NCBI GenBank assembly: GCA_965552055.1
Contig: CBEVQO010000011.1
Coordinates: 1-23,970 of the forward strand
Source of the DNA: an uncultured bacterium
GTDB taxonomy: Bacteria; Hydrothermota; UBA3073; NMUJ01; CBEVQO01
DNA length: 23,970 nt
Direction of reading: 5' to 3'
Shown one piece after another: positions 1 to 8,780 of this stretch. The number at the start of each line of letters is the position of its first letter. Positions within the stretch are counted from its first letter, which is position 1. The position numbers and the translations under genes were made by a program. Below the pieces are notes generated by a model. That model was given only the letters and a program-made list of their open reading frames with translations. It had not been told where the DNA came from and searched no databases.

Positions 1-3000
1 CTTCATGCCATATCGTATCTCCAAGTATTTTATACCAGCATTTTATCTTCTTAACTTCATCGTTGAAAGAGTCGGTTACAGTGAAAGGTATGGTTACTGC
101 ATGATACTGCTCTGGTAATGTATCAGCAAGGTCAACTATTGGCTTGTGATAATTATCAACCCTAACTCTCAATATAAAATCTTCTCCCGGGTCAGAATCT
201 TTTGCAACTGCTTTAAATAAGCAATTGTACTCTACATCTGGCAAATCTATCAGTGTATGCCATGTTATTCTTCCTGTATCTCTTTGGGCGTTATAAAAAG
301 TAATTGTAACCGATGCTGTATCCCAAGTATTTCCTCCATCTATTGAATATTCACATATTATGGTATCTATAACATCTCCTTCTGGGTCATATATTCCGAA
401 TTCCATTTCAATGTCTGCTGTATCTTCGGGTAACAATGTATCTTCAAGCGTTATTGTGGGCGGCTCATTGTTATCAAGTCTGAATTGTATCGTATCTTCC
501 GGTCCCCATTTCCATTCGTCTTTAGCTCTCATCGTAAAGTAAATTATTCCTTCGTAATTTGTAACCTGAGGGTCTGCTTTTGAATCCCAATGTATCGTAT
601 AATAGCGATTCGGTTGATAATTTGTCAAAGGTTCAACAATTGTTGGACTATACCGGTTAACACCATCCAAAGAAAACCTGCATTGCAAATCTGCATTATC
701 ATAACTTATTGTGTCTCTGAGATAAAATGTTATACTAACCGTATCCGAAACTTCTCCCGTTATTGGCGTAATCTCTACTTTTTGTCCATGATAGTTATCA
801 ACATTTATCTGAACTGTATCTTCTTTTCCTGGGTCGGAATCTGCTGGTATCACTCTAAAATAAACATTATGATCGAGATTTAAGCCATCCGTCCTTGTAT
901 TCCAGATAATTGTATCTGTATCTGACTTTATCAAAGTTATTGTAGCATTATTCCAAGTTACTCCATCTTCTGAGTATTTTGCTGTTAATGTATATGCATC
1001 TCCTTCGGAATCTGTAACACAACAAAGTATTTGTATCTTTCCTGTATCCTCTGATGGTGCATACACAATTTGCGCAGATGGTGGCTGATTGTTATCAAGT
1101 TTAAAGGTAATGGTATCCCATCCACCCCATTTCCAGCCATCAAACGCTCTCACTCTAAACCACACAAACTGCTCTTTACCCGGAGCATCAACATTTGAAT
1201 GCCATGTGAAAGTACCCCAGCCAACCTGATACCATGACGATTTCGTAACCGTCGCTTCCTGATAAGTTACTCCGTCGAGTGAAAATTGACATTGTAAACT
1301 CGCGGAATCTCCCGTAGTGTCTTTCAAATTGAAACTTATCACCACATCTCCTGACTGCTCGCCAGAAGGCGTCACAAGCTCGGCAAATTGAGAATGATAG
1401 TTATCAACGACAAAACTAACTGTGTCACCCTTACCCCAATCCGCATCTTTCGGAATTACCCTGAATAAAGCATTATGTTGATAGAATAAACTATCTTTAA
1501 GTGTCATCCATATAATTGTATCTCCAATAATCGTATCTGTCGGAGTATCCCAGGTAACACCACCATCTACAGAATATTCTCTTAAGAGGTAAACTGAATC
1601 ACCTTCTGGGTCATATACATTGTAAATTATCCTTATATTTTCGATACTCTCAGGAGGCACATGAATTATTGTTACTTGTGGCGGTTCATTATTATCGAGA
1701 TGGAATTTTATCGTATCTGCTATTCCCCATGCCCATTCATCTTTTGCCCATATTCTGAAATAAACTGTATCATCAAAGCCCGAAATATCATTCTTCGATA
1801 ACCAGTGAATCGTGTAAGTAGGACCCGGATTACCTCCTTTATACCATACTGTATCTTCAATTATCGTCGCTCTATGCCATGTTCCTCCTGTGGAATATTC
1901 GCACTTTATAATATTTGAATCATTACCTGTGGTATCCACAATATAAAATTGTATCTCTACCGTATCTGTCTGCTCACCTGTCACTGGCCATATCACAACT
2001 TTTTGATTATGGAAATTATCGAGATGTACGAAAACGGTATCCCACTGTCCCGGGTCAGAATCCTTTGGTAGCGCTTTAAACAACAAAGCCCGGTATTCAC
2101 CTGTTAATCCATCTGCCCTTGTATCCCATACTATGCTATCTCCCTGTTTCACTGCATTAGTCGTTGTAAGCCATGTATTACCCGTATCGAGCGAATATTC
2201 ACAAATCAATGTAATATTATCACCTTCTGGGTCTTTTAAACTATCTATATGTATTATAACCTTACCTGTATCTTCTCCTGTTACCGGATGCAGGAAAATT
2301 GAAGGAGGTTCATTATTATCGAGTTTAAATTCAATGGTATCTGGTATTCCCCAATTCCATCTATCTTTTGCACTTATACTGAAATGCACCCATGCATCCA
2401 CACCGGGTGCATCTTCCTTCGAAAGCCAGTGAATTGTGTAAATAGGACCGGGTTTATACCAAATTGTATCTTCAACTATTTTCGCTTTCGTCCAGAAAGG
2501 TAAATTAAATGCAAACTTACATCTTATGATATTTGAATCATTGCTTGTAGTATCCGATATCTGGAACATTATAGAAACGGTATCAGATTGCTCCCCAGAT
2601 GAATCTGGTATCGTTACTTTTTGCTGATGGAAGTTATCAAGGTGAATTATCACTGTATCCCACTGTCCTGGGTCCGAATCTTTTGGTGTTACTTTGAAAA
2701 TCAATTTCCAGTATTCTTTTGTAAGATTATCAAGCCATGTATGCCATATTATACTATCTGTATGAATCGTCACAGTTGCAGTATCCCAAGTTTTTCCAGT
2801 ATCTTTTGAATATTCACAAATTAAAGTAATTGGGTCACCTTCTGAATCACTTTTTGTATATTTTATCACGACATCTCCTGTATCCTCATAAGGCACAGAT
2901 TGCAGTGTAACAACGGGCGGTTGATTGTTATCCAGTTTTATTTTAATACAATTTAAAGGTCCCCAATCCCAACCATCATGTGCTTGCATACCAATATAAA

Positions 3001-5290
3001 CAAAGCCATCAAAACCCGGTAAATCTGCTTTCGATAACCACTTTATCACATTGCCAGAATATCTCGATGTATCAAATATTGAATCTCCAATTACATGTGC
3101 ATTATACCAGTTCACACTATCTGTAGAATAAAGACATCTTATCTTCAAAGTATCCCACGAAATTGAATCATACAAATTGAATGTTATATCAACAGTATCT
3201 GTTTGCTCACCTGCTATTGGTAAAATTTCAACCCATTGCCCTTGGAAATTATCAAGCTTAAATCTCGCAGTAGATAACCATTGTCCTGTATCGCTATCCA
3301 AAGGTGTTATCATGAAGTAAACATACAAATCAGTATCGGGCAAATCTTCTTTTGATAACCATCTTATAACATTTGAGTAATTCGCAGAACCAATTCCTGC
3401 TGTATCTCCTGTAATTTTTGCTCTGTTCCATGTAGTGCTATCAAGTGAATAATAACAAATTATTCTGAGATTATCGTTTTCTGTATCTCCAAGTGTATAA
3501 TTTATAGGCACAGTATCATGTTGTTCTGATGCAGGTGTTTGTATTGATATAAGATAAGGTGGAGAATTATTGTCAAGGTGAAAGACCGCAGTATCCGAGA
3601 AACCCGTATCTGCATCCACAGGTATTATTTCAAACATAGTGTTCACCCTGTCAACTCCATCTGCATCGGATAAAGAATGCCATATTGCAAAGAAAGTATC
3701 ACCCGATATATTCCCCCATGTTACATTATTTGTAAAGTTAAATGTTATACCACCATCCACCGAATATCTGAAAGCAAAGGATAGTGGGTCATTTTCCGGG
3801 TCTTTTGCTTCAAATTTTATGGAGTCTACATCTCCTGATTGCTCTCCTGTTGGTGCCTGTATTATCGTCACACTCGGCAAACTATCATTATCAAGATGAA
3901 ATTGCCCGGTTTCATCTCCCCTTCCTTCTCCGACTTCTGCTCCTCCTTTTTCATAAGGGATTATCATAAAATTAGTGTAAATATCGGCACCGGGTAAATC
4001 GGAAATTGATTGCCATATTATTGTATCTTCCTTGATAAAATATACACTTTTAGGTGTTGAATCTATTAAAATAGTATCTCCTATTACATTTCCCGTAGGA
4101 TGCCAAACACCTCCCTGATAGTAATAGCATCTCAAAACTATGGTATCCGTTACATTATCTGTATCTCTATCCTGTACTCTGAAGAATATCTTTATATCGC
4201 CTGTTACTTCTGTATCTGCCGGTGATGTGTAATTAGGACGCAAACCAACTGCAATACCTGGCAGGTACTTATTGTTGACAAAGAAAATATTGCTCGTATC
4301 TGCTCTCCCCGTATCCTTATCTGCAATACTATCATAAGGAATGATTTTAAAAACCACCCATCCACTAGTATCTTTTAAAGTATCAGACGAGGAAAGCCAT
4401 ATTATTGAAGTATCATATCTCGAAGAGTCTAAATCCCTCGGAGTATAAAGCAATACTGGAGTGATCCAAGAACTCCATGCAGTATCACCTTCTAGTTTGT
4501 ATTTATACTTAACTATTATATTCAATGTATCGTATTCGACATCTCCCAATTTGAAAGGTATTTTTATATTTCCTGCAACATTGTTAGGTATTGCTTTGGA
4601 TACTGTACAAACAGGCGGTTTGTTTGCATCTATATGGAAAGGTCCTATTGTATCACCTTTGCCCCAATCTCTATGTAAATAGATACTATCTGAAGGGATA
4701 ACAAAGAGATAAGCTGTTTTAACATCTCTCCCAGGTATATCCTGATAAGCACTCCAGTAAAATACAGAATCATAAATCGAAGAATCAACGGCATCTTTGT
4801 TTATTGAAATGGTTGCATCATTCCATGTGACACCATCAAGCGAATATTTAACCACTATCTGTAAAGTATCCCAATCAGGGTCATGTAAGAAATATTTAAC
4901 TCTTGCGCTGTCTATTTGTTCAGAAGATATTTCTTTCAAAGAGCATAAAGGCGGAATGTTGTTATCAACATAAAATCTAAATGGTGCAGAATAATCGGAT
5001 ATATAGCCATCCCAGTTTTGCACTTTCATCCTGAAATCAACAGAATCATCAACTCCTCTTAAATTATAACTCCCACCTACTGTATTCCAGAGTATGGAAT
5101 CTGCACCCGGATATTTCCAGTCGTTATTATAAATTTGAGATGAAGTAATGGGATGCCACAAAGTATCTACTCTTTTCCTCCTGAATTGCCATGAAAATGT
5201 AATGACCAATTTATTCCTGGGGTCATGCGAAGTATAATAGATTGTTACAGTATCAGAATGACCTTTTATACTATCCACCTGAACATAAGG
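1..5290 (-). repeat. Intragenic tandem domain repeats (~16-17 units of ~300-380 bp), mostly alternating A/B types
   Basis: Linker motifs recur at ~4960 (VDNNIPP), 4625 (DANKPP), 4275 (VNNKYLP), 3890 (LDNDSLP), 3570 (LDNNSPP), 3250 (LDNFQGQ), 2925 (LDNNQPP), 2635 (LDNFHQQ), 2315 (LDNNEPP), 2015 (LDNFHNQ), 1690 (LDNNEPP), 1400 (VDNYHSQ), 1090 (LDNNQPP), 795 (VDNYHGQ), 470 (LDNNEPP) and 155 (VDNYHKP). Units carry D-x-E-G-D and YSxDGGxTW-like motifs. Confidence 0.85.
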
Positions 5291-6793
5291 AACATGAAAT
5301 CTCCTATACCATATTTTAATCCAGTTAATCTGTGGTGTGGAATCTTTATTATGTGTGTAAAACTCTATCCTGTACTGGCAATATCTATCGCCATTATTAA
5401 CAGAACTCAGTGAACTTGCTAGCCCTCCGTTTGTAGCAGACGGACAGTTTTCCCATGGAGTAGCGGTAGAAAAACTCGTATCAGGGGAAGTCCTTATTTT
5501 TATCACCAAACTACAACCAGCAGGAACATAAGCACTCCACCTTACCGTATCCCAGTAAGCAGAATCACAAGCATCAAAAATAGAAGAAATAATGTAACCC
5601 CGTGCGATATAAGATGTCTCCTGTGAAGATGATAAAAATGTAGCAACAGGCTCCGGCTGAACATATTTCCTTATGATAAAGTCATCGAAATATCCATAGG
5701 CATCATCATCCCATGAACATATACCGAATCTTTTATTACGCCAGCGAGTGTCAACAGTAGTTACTCGCAATACATAATCAGGGTCAGGAGGATTTGTCGC
5801 TTTTTGATAAATTTTAAAAGTATCCTTATAAAAGGTTATTTTATACCAGCACCAGTAATCGTCATTAAAATAATAACTGTTCACAATATAATAGCCAATC
5901 CTAGAATAAACAGGATTTCCTCCTGTCCATGCATATAAAATAATTCCACTCTGTTCGCTCCATCCAGAGGCATAAGAATGCATAATGCAATTGCCGACCA
6001 GTATCCTGTAACCATTTGCAAAATTATATCTTATATTGTTGTCATCCCACCAGCTGCCAGTCTGAGGTCTATCAACATTTGGTCCCCATTGTATCGTTCC
6101 ATCGGTAAAAAGAAAAATTCCAGTGCCTTCATAATAATTATCAGGCCTCTTTGTCCTGAATGTAATACAATATCCAAATCTATTTGGATTTAAACTGTCC
6201 TTAGCTAGTAACAAAGCAAGACCACTATCGGGACTTTCACCCCCATTATATCCAGCTATCCTCATTACTCCACCAATTTCAATTATATCCGAATATTTCC
6301 CATCGGCTTCCCACTTATTTTGCCATTCTCCATCTTCAAAATCATCAAAGAAATCAAAAACAGAATCACCACAGGACTTCGACTCTGCTCTCGGGTCACC
6401 ATAGTAAACATAAATGGTATCTGTCTCGCCAGGTAATGTAAGAGGGTCTTTTATCCATACTATCGCAGATTCACCAGCCCAATACTGCTCTATCCAGTAA
6501 TGCAAAGGAGTAAATTCATCTTCATCAAAGAACCTCAAATCACTAAAATTTGAATCCATCTGAGGAAGATAATGAATAACCACCTTCACAGGATAATCTA
6601 TTAAACTATCAGCTGAATTGTTTACTATTTCAATGCCACTTCTATACTGGAGTATTAACTGATTTTCTGTCCCTGTATCAATTGCTTCACTTTTCCAGTA
6701 TTTCGTGCGGTCATACCAGTATCTCTGCCCGGGACCCCCTTTCCAGTCGCTCTGTTCCCAGTAAAGGCTAATCGCAATGAGCAGCAGCCACAT
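1..6793 (-). CDS. Giant secreted/surface protein (>2260 aa, 3' end outside window): short hydrophobic N-terminus, DUF2341-like domain, lectin/ConA-like region, then tandem ~100-125 aa Ig-like repeats
   Basis: ATG at 6793 preceded by AAGGGGGGTGG. Manual translation begins MWLLLIAISLYWEQSDWKGGPGQRYW...FSDLRFFDED..LHYWIEQ..AIVWIKDP...IYVYYGDP..VFDFFDDFEDG (DUF2341-type). The same frame was checked at 6302, 5642, 4922, 3542, 2282, 1082, 422 and 2. It is absent from the ORF track, consistent with no in-frame stop inside the window. Confidence 0.9.
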   Translation of the reverse strand, partial: MWLLLIAISLYWEQSDWKGGPGQRYWYDRTKYWKSEAIDTGTENQLILQYRSGIEIVNNSADSLIDYPVKVVIHYLPQMDSNFSDLRFFDEDEFTPLHYWIEQYWAGESAIVWIKDPLTLPGETDTIYVYYGDPRAESKSCGDSVFDFFDDFEDGEWQNKWEADGKYSDIIEIGGVMRIAGYNGGESPDSGLALLLAKDSLNPNRFGYCITFRTKRPDNYYEGTGIFLFTDGTIQWGPNVDRPQTGSWWDDNNIRYNFANGYRILVGNCIMHSYASGWSEQSGIILYAWTGGNPVYSRIGYYIVNSYYFNDDYWCWYKITFYKDTFKIYQKATNPPDPDYVLRVTTVDTRWRNKRFGICSWDDDAYGYFDDFIIRKYVQPEPVATFLSSSQETSYIARGYIISSIFDACDSAYWDTVRWSAYVPAGCSLVIKIRTSPDTSFSTATPWENCPSATNGGLASSLSSVNNGDRYCQYRIEFYTHNKDSTPQINWIKIWYRRFHVPYVQVDSIKGHSDTVTIYYTSHDPRNKLVITFSWQFRRKRVDTLWHPITSSQIYNNDWKYPGADSILWNTVGGSYNLRGVDDSVDFRMKVQNWDGYISDYSAPFRFYVDNNIPPLCSLKEISSEQIDSARVKYFLHDPDWDTLQIVVKYSLDGVTWNDATISINKDAVDSSIYDSVFYWSAYQDIPGRDVKTAYLFVIPSDSIYLHRDWGKGDTIGPFHIDANKPPVCTVSKAIPNNVAGNIKIPFKLGDVEYDTLNIIVKYKYKLEGDTAWSSWITPVLLYTPRDLDSSRYDTSIIWLSSSDTLKDTSGWVVFKIIPYDSIADKDTGRADTSNIFFVNNKYLPGIAVGLRPNYTSPADTEVTGDIKIFFRVQDRDTDNVTDTIVLRCYYYQGGVWHPTGNVIGDTILIDSTPKSVYFIKEDTIIWQSISDLPGADIYTNFMIIPYEKGGAEVGEGRGDETGQFHLDNDSLPSVTIIQAPTGEQSGDVDSIKFEAKDPENDPLSFAFRYSVDGGITFNFTNNVTWGNISGDTFFAIWHSLSDADGVDRVNTMFEIIPVDADTGFSDTAVFHLDNNSPPYLISIQTPASEQHDTVPINYTLGDTENDNLRIICYYSLDSTTWNRAKITGDTAGIGSANYSNVIRWLSKEDLPDTDLYVYFMITPLDSDTGQWLSTARFKLDNFQGQWVEILPIAGEQTDTVDITFNLYDSISWDTLKIRCLYSTDSVNWYNAHVIGDSIFDTSRYSGNVIKWLSKADLPGFDGFVYIGMQAHDGWDWGPLNCIKIKLDNNQPPVVTLQSVPYEDTGDVVIKYTKSDSEGDPITLICEYSKDTGKTWDTATVTIHTDSIIWHTWLDNLTKEYWKLIFKVTPKDSDPGQWDTVIIHLDNFHQQKVTIPDSSGEQSDTVSIMFQISDTTSNDSNIIRCKFAFNLPFWTKAKIVEDTIWYKPGPIYTIHWLSKEDAPGVDAWVHFSISAKDRWNWGIPDTIEFKLDNNEPPSIFLHPVTGEDTGKVIIHIDSLKDPEGDNITLICEYSLDTGNTWLTTTNAVKQGDSIVWDTRADGLTGEYRALLFKALPKDSDPGQWDTVFVHLDNFHNQKVVIWPVTGEQTDTVEIQFYIVDTTGNDSNIIKCEYSTGGTWHRATIIEDTVWYKGGNPGPTYTIHWLSKNDISGFDDTVYFRIWAKDEWAWGIADTIKFHLDNNEPPQVTIIHVPPESIENIRIIYNVYDPEGDSVYLLREYSVDGGVTWDTPTDTIIGDTIIWMTLKDSLFYQHNALFRVIPKDADWGKGDTVSFVVDNYHSQFAELVTPSGEQSGDVVISFNLKDTTGDSASLQCQFSLDGVTYQEATVTKSSWYQVGWGTFTWHSNVDAPGKEQFVWFRVRAFDGWKWGGWDTITFKLDNNQPPSAQIVYAPSEDTGKIQILCCVTDSEGDAYTLTAKYSEDGVTWNNATITLIKSDTDTIIWNTRTDGLNLDHNVYFRVIPADSDPGKEDTVQINVDNYHGQKVEITPITGEVSDTVSITFYLRDTISYDNADLQCRFSLDGVNRYSPTIVEPLTNYQPNRYYTIHWDSKADPQVTNYEGIIYFTMRAKDEWKWGPEDTIQFRLDNNEPPTITLEDTLLPEDTADIEMEFGIYDPEGDVIDTIICEYSIDGGNTWDTASVTITFYNAQRDTGRITWHTLIDLPDVEYNCLFKAVAKDSDPGEDFILRVRVDNYHKPIVDLADTLPEQYHAVTIPFTVTDSFNDEVKKIKCWYKILGDTIWHE

Positions 6794-6808
6794 CCACCCC
6801 CCTTACTT

Positions 6809-6835
6809 ATTATATTCGGAATTTTATCTTGTCAA
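6809..6835 (-). promoter_or_regulatory. sigma70-type promoter of the giant surface protein gene (TTGACA-N15-TATAAT)
   Basis: Minus strand reads TTGACA agataaaattccgaa TATAAT aagtaaggggggtgg ATG. A second TTGACA (6849-6844) with TAAAAT 17 nt later overlaps it. Confidence 0.7.
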
Positions 6836-6845
6836 GCTAGAAATG

Positions 6846-7814
6846 TCAAAATTGATAAAAATTGATAATTTTAGTTCTGTGGGCAATCCACATCTTTAAT
6901 GGGTGCTTCCTTATCTCAGAGCCACAGCCTATTATACTATCCTCAATGTAAACTCCTTCTATCTTCGCATGCTCATAAATGATACTTCCTTTAATAACGC
7001 TATCACTTATATTTGCTCCTTCTTCAACATAGCAATAAGGACCTATAACCGAATTTTCTATCCTCGCACCCCTCACCAAACAGGGCTCTATAATCACCGA
7101 ATTTATTATTTCACCTTCAACACCGTGATATAATAATTCTTTGTTCGCATTAACCAAACCCTGCAAGGAGCCACAGTCAAGCCATTTTTTAATTTCATAA
7201 ATTTCGGTATGCTCCTCTTTGACATATAAATTTAAAGCATCGGTTAACTGATATTCACCTTTTGTCCTTATATCTTTTTTTATTATCTCTTCAAGTTTTT
7301 CAAACAATTTATCTGCATTTTTTATGTAATAAAGCCCGATAACCGCAATATTTGTCACAGGCTTTTCTGGTTTCTCAATCAAATTTATGATTTTTTTCCC
7401 ATCAACCTCTGCAACTCCGTATTTTCTTGGGTCTTCAACAACTTTACTTGCTATTTTGGAACAACCTCTTGTGAATTCTTCGTAATCGGTATCAACAATT
7501 GTATCACCAAGTATTATAAGCATTTCTCCTTTCACCTTTTCTTTTGTAAGATAAATAGCATGCCCCAAACCCAGACGCTCTTTTTGAAATACGATATCAG
7601 TATCTATTCCAAATCTTTTTTCAATCAACTCTTTAATTTCTTTTGACTCTTCACTCACAACAAGCACTATTTTATCAATCGGAAGATTTCTTATACGCTC
7701 AACTATATGATGTATAACTTCTTTCCCTGCTACTTTTATCAAAGCCTTTGGTATTACATAAGTCAAAGGTCTTAATCTCTTACCCCATCCTGCAACCGGT
7801 ATTACTGCTATCAT
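6846..7814 (-). CDS. Sugar-phosphate nucleotidyltransferase (glucose-1-phosphate thymidylyltransferase long-form-like) with C-terminal left-handed beta-helix
   Basis: N-terminal AGWGKRLRPLT..PKAL motif, QKERLGLGHA, ILGD, EKP, GEYQLTDAL, WLDCG, and hexapeptide-like C-terminal repeats (IENSVIGP, ISDSVI, IEDSIIG). Substrate cannot be determined from sequence. Confidence 0.88.
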   Translation of the reverse strand: MIAVIPVAGWGKRLRPLTYVIPKALIKVAGKEVIHHIVERIRNLPIDKIVLVVSEESKEIKELIEKRFGIDTDIVFQKERLGLGHAIYLTKEKVKGEMLIILGDTIVDTDYEEFTRGCSKIASKVVEDPRKYGVAEVDGKKIINLIEKPEKPVTNIAVIGLYYIKNADKLFEKLEEIIKKDIRTKGEYQLTDALNLYVKEEHTEIYEIKKWLDCGSLQGLVNANKELLYHGVEGEIINSVIIEPCLVRGARIENSVIGPYCYVEEGANISDSVIKGSIIYEHAKIEGVYIEDSIIGCGSEIRKHPLKMWIAHRTKIINFYQF

Positions 7815-8779
7815 TCTGATAATCTTTTTTTCAAATAATTTATTCGCTCAATAGGCGTGGGGTCAACTCCTCGTAACACTGCAAGATGATAGGAAACCCA
7901 ATCACCAAAATATACAAGATAAAAAATCCTCGAAAGAAAACTTTTACCTTCTGCAAAAATATCTTCATAAATTGTAAAATCTCTTATTATCTCTTTCACA
8001 ATCTCAAACCTTTTTTGAACTTTTTGGTGTTCATTCCCTGTTCTTAAAAATAAAACATAATAAGGCAAAGGAGGCTCTCCTATTCCAACAATTTCATTAT
8101 GATTCATTTCCGGGAAAACATTAAAGTGCGAAAATATTTTGCTGTTCTCAGCCAATTGACCTGCCCACCTTCTTGCAACGGGCATTATTCTGTCATCGCA
8201 GTAAATTATCGCAAATTTATTAAGTAATTTTGATGCCAGCCTGTGAGGAGCACCCTTTTCTGAAGAAAATTCATCCGATTTCTTTTTTAGCAACTCATAA
8301 GTTTCCTCAACTTCTTCTTTTACATCTCTTATTAATTTCAACTTTATCAAAGCAAATAAGACAGAAAAGAACAAATATCCAAGCGCACACCTAGGCTGTA
8401 AACCTGAAGGTATTTTTATAACATAATCTACTTCTTTTTCCAGCTTTCCATTGCTTGTAATCGCAATTATATTTTTTGTCCTTAACTTTGCAAAGGAAAG
8501 AGCAGATAAAGTTTCTTCTGTATTACCAGAATAACTCGATGCAATGAATAGAGTATTTTTATTTACATAAGCAGGAATTTCATAGTGTCTTACGACTTCA
8601 AAAGTAAAAGGAATTTCATTATAAAGGTATGAGCGTAGAAGGTCAGCACCGATAGCTGAGCCTCCCATCCCTGCAATCACTATATTCCTCACATTTTTAA
8701 CCCTGGGTAATCTCGTCTTCTCAACGATTTCAAATGATTTTTTAATTTGCTCCGGAAAATTTAATAAAACTTCTTTCAT
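7811..8779 (-). CDS. Bifunctional phosphoglucose/phosphomannose isomerase (PGI/PMI, SIS-domain family)
   Basis: GMGGSAIG, SSYSGNTEET, QPR, ENSK, FPEMNHNE and GVDPTPI..I..LK motifs. Strong SD (GGAGGAGGTGA) upstream. Confidence 0.92.
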   Translation of the reverse strand: MKEVLLNFPEQIKKSFEIVEKTRLPRVKNVRNIVIAGMGGSAIGADLLRSYLYNEIPFTFEVVRHYEIPAYVNKNTLFIASSYSGNTEETLSALSFAKLRTKNIIAITSNGKLEKEVDYVIKIPSGLQPRCALGYLFFSVLFALIKLKLIRDVKEEVEETYELLKKKSDEFSSEKGAPHRLASKLLNKFAIIYCDDRIMPVARRWAGQLAENSKIFSHFNVFPEMNHNEIVGIGEPPLPYYVLFLRTGNEHQKVQKRFEIVKEIIRDFTIYEDIFAEGKSFLSRIFYLVYFGDWVSYHLAVLRGVDPTPIERINYLKKRLSE

Positions 8780-8780
8780 A

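Noticed and set aside
1680..2930. Diversity-generating retroelement template/variable repeat pair in the ~620-bp duplication
   Set aside because: Both copies are in-frame coding domains, the differences are not adenine-specific, and no reverse transcriptase is present.
1..5290. Asp-box (SxDxGxTW) motifs as evidence of a sialidase/BNR beta-propeller
   Set aside because: They occur about once per ~105-aa unit within beta-sandwich-like repeats delimited by DNxxP linkers, which does not fit propeller blade spacing.
360..6193. Short plus-strand ORFs (60-99 aa) listed across 360-6193
   Set aside because: They are antisense shadows of the giant minus-strand ORF. Their mutual similarity (e.g. GGSLLSSLN) simply mirrors its LDNNEPP repeats.
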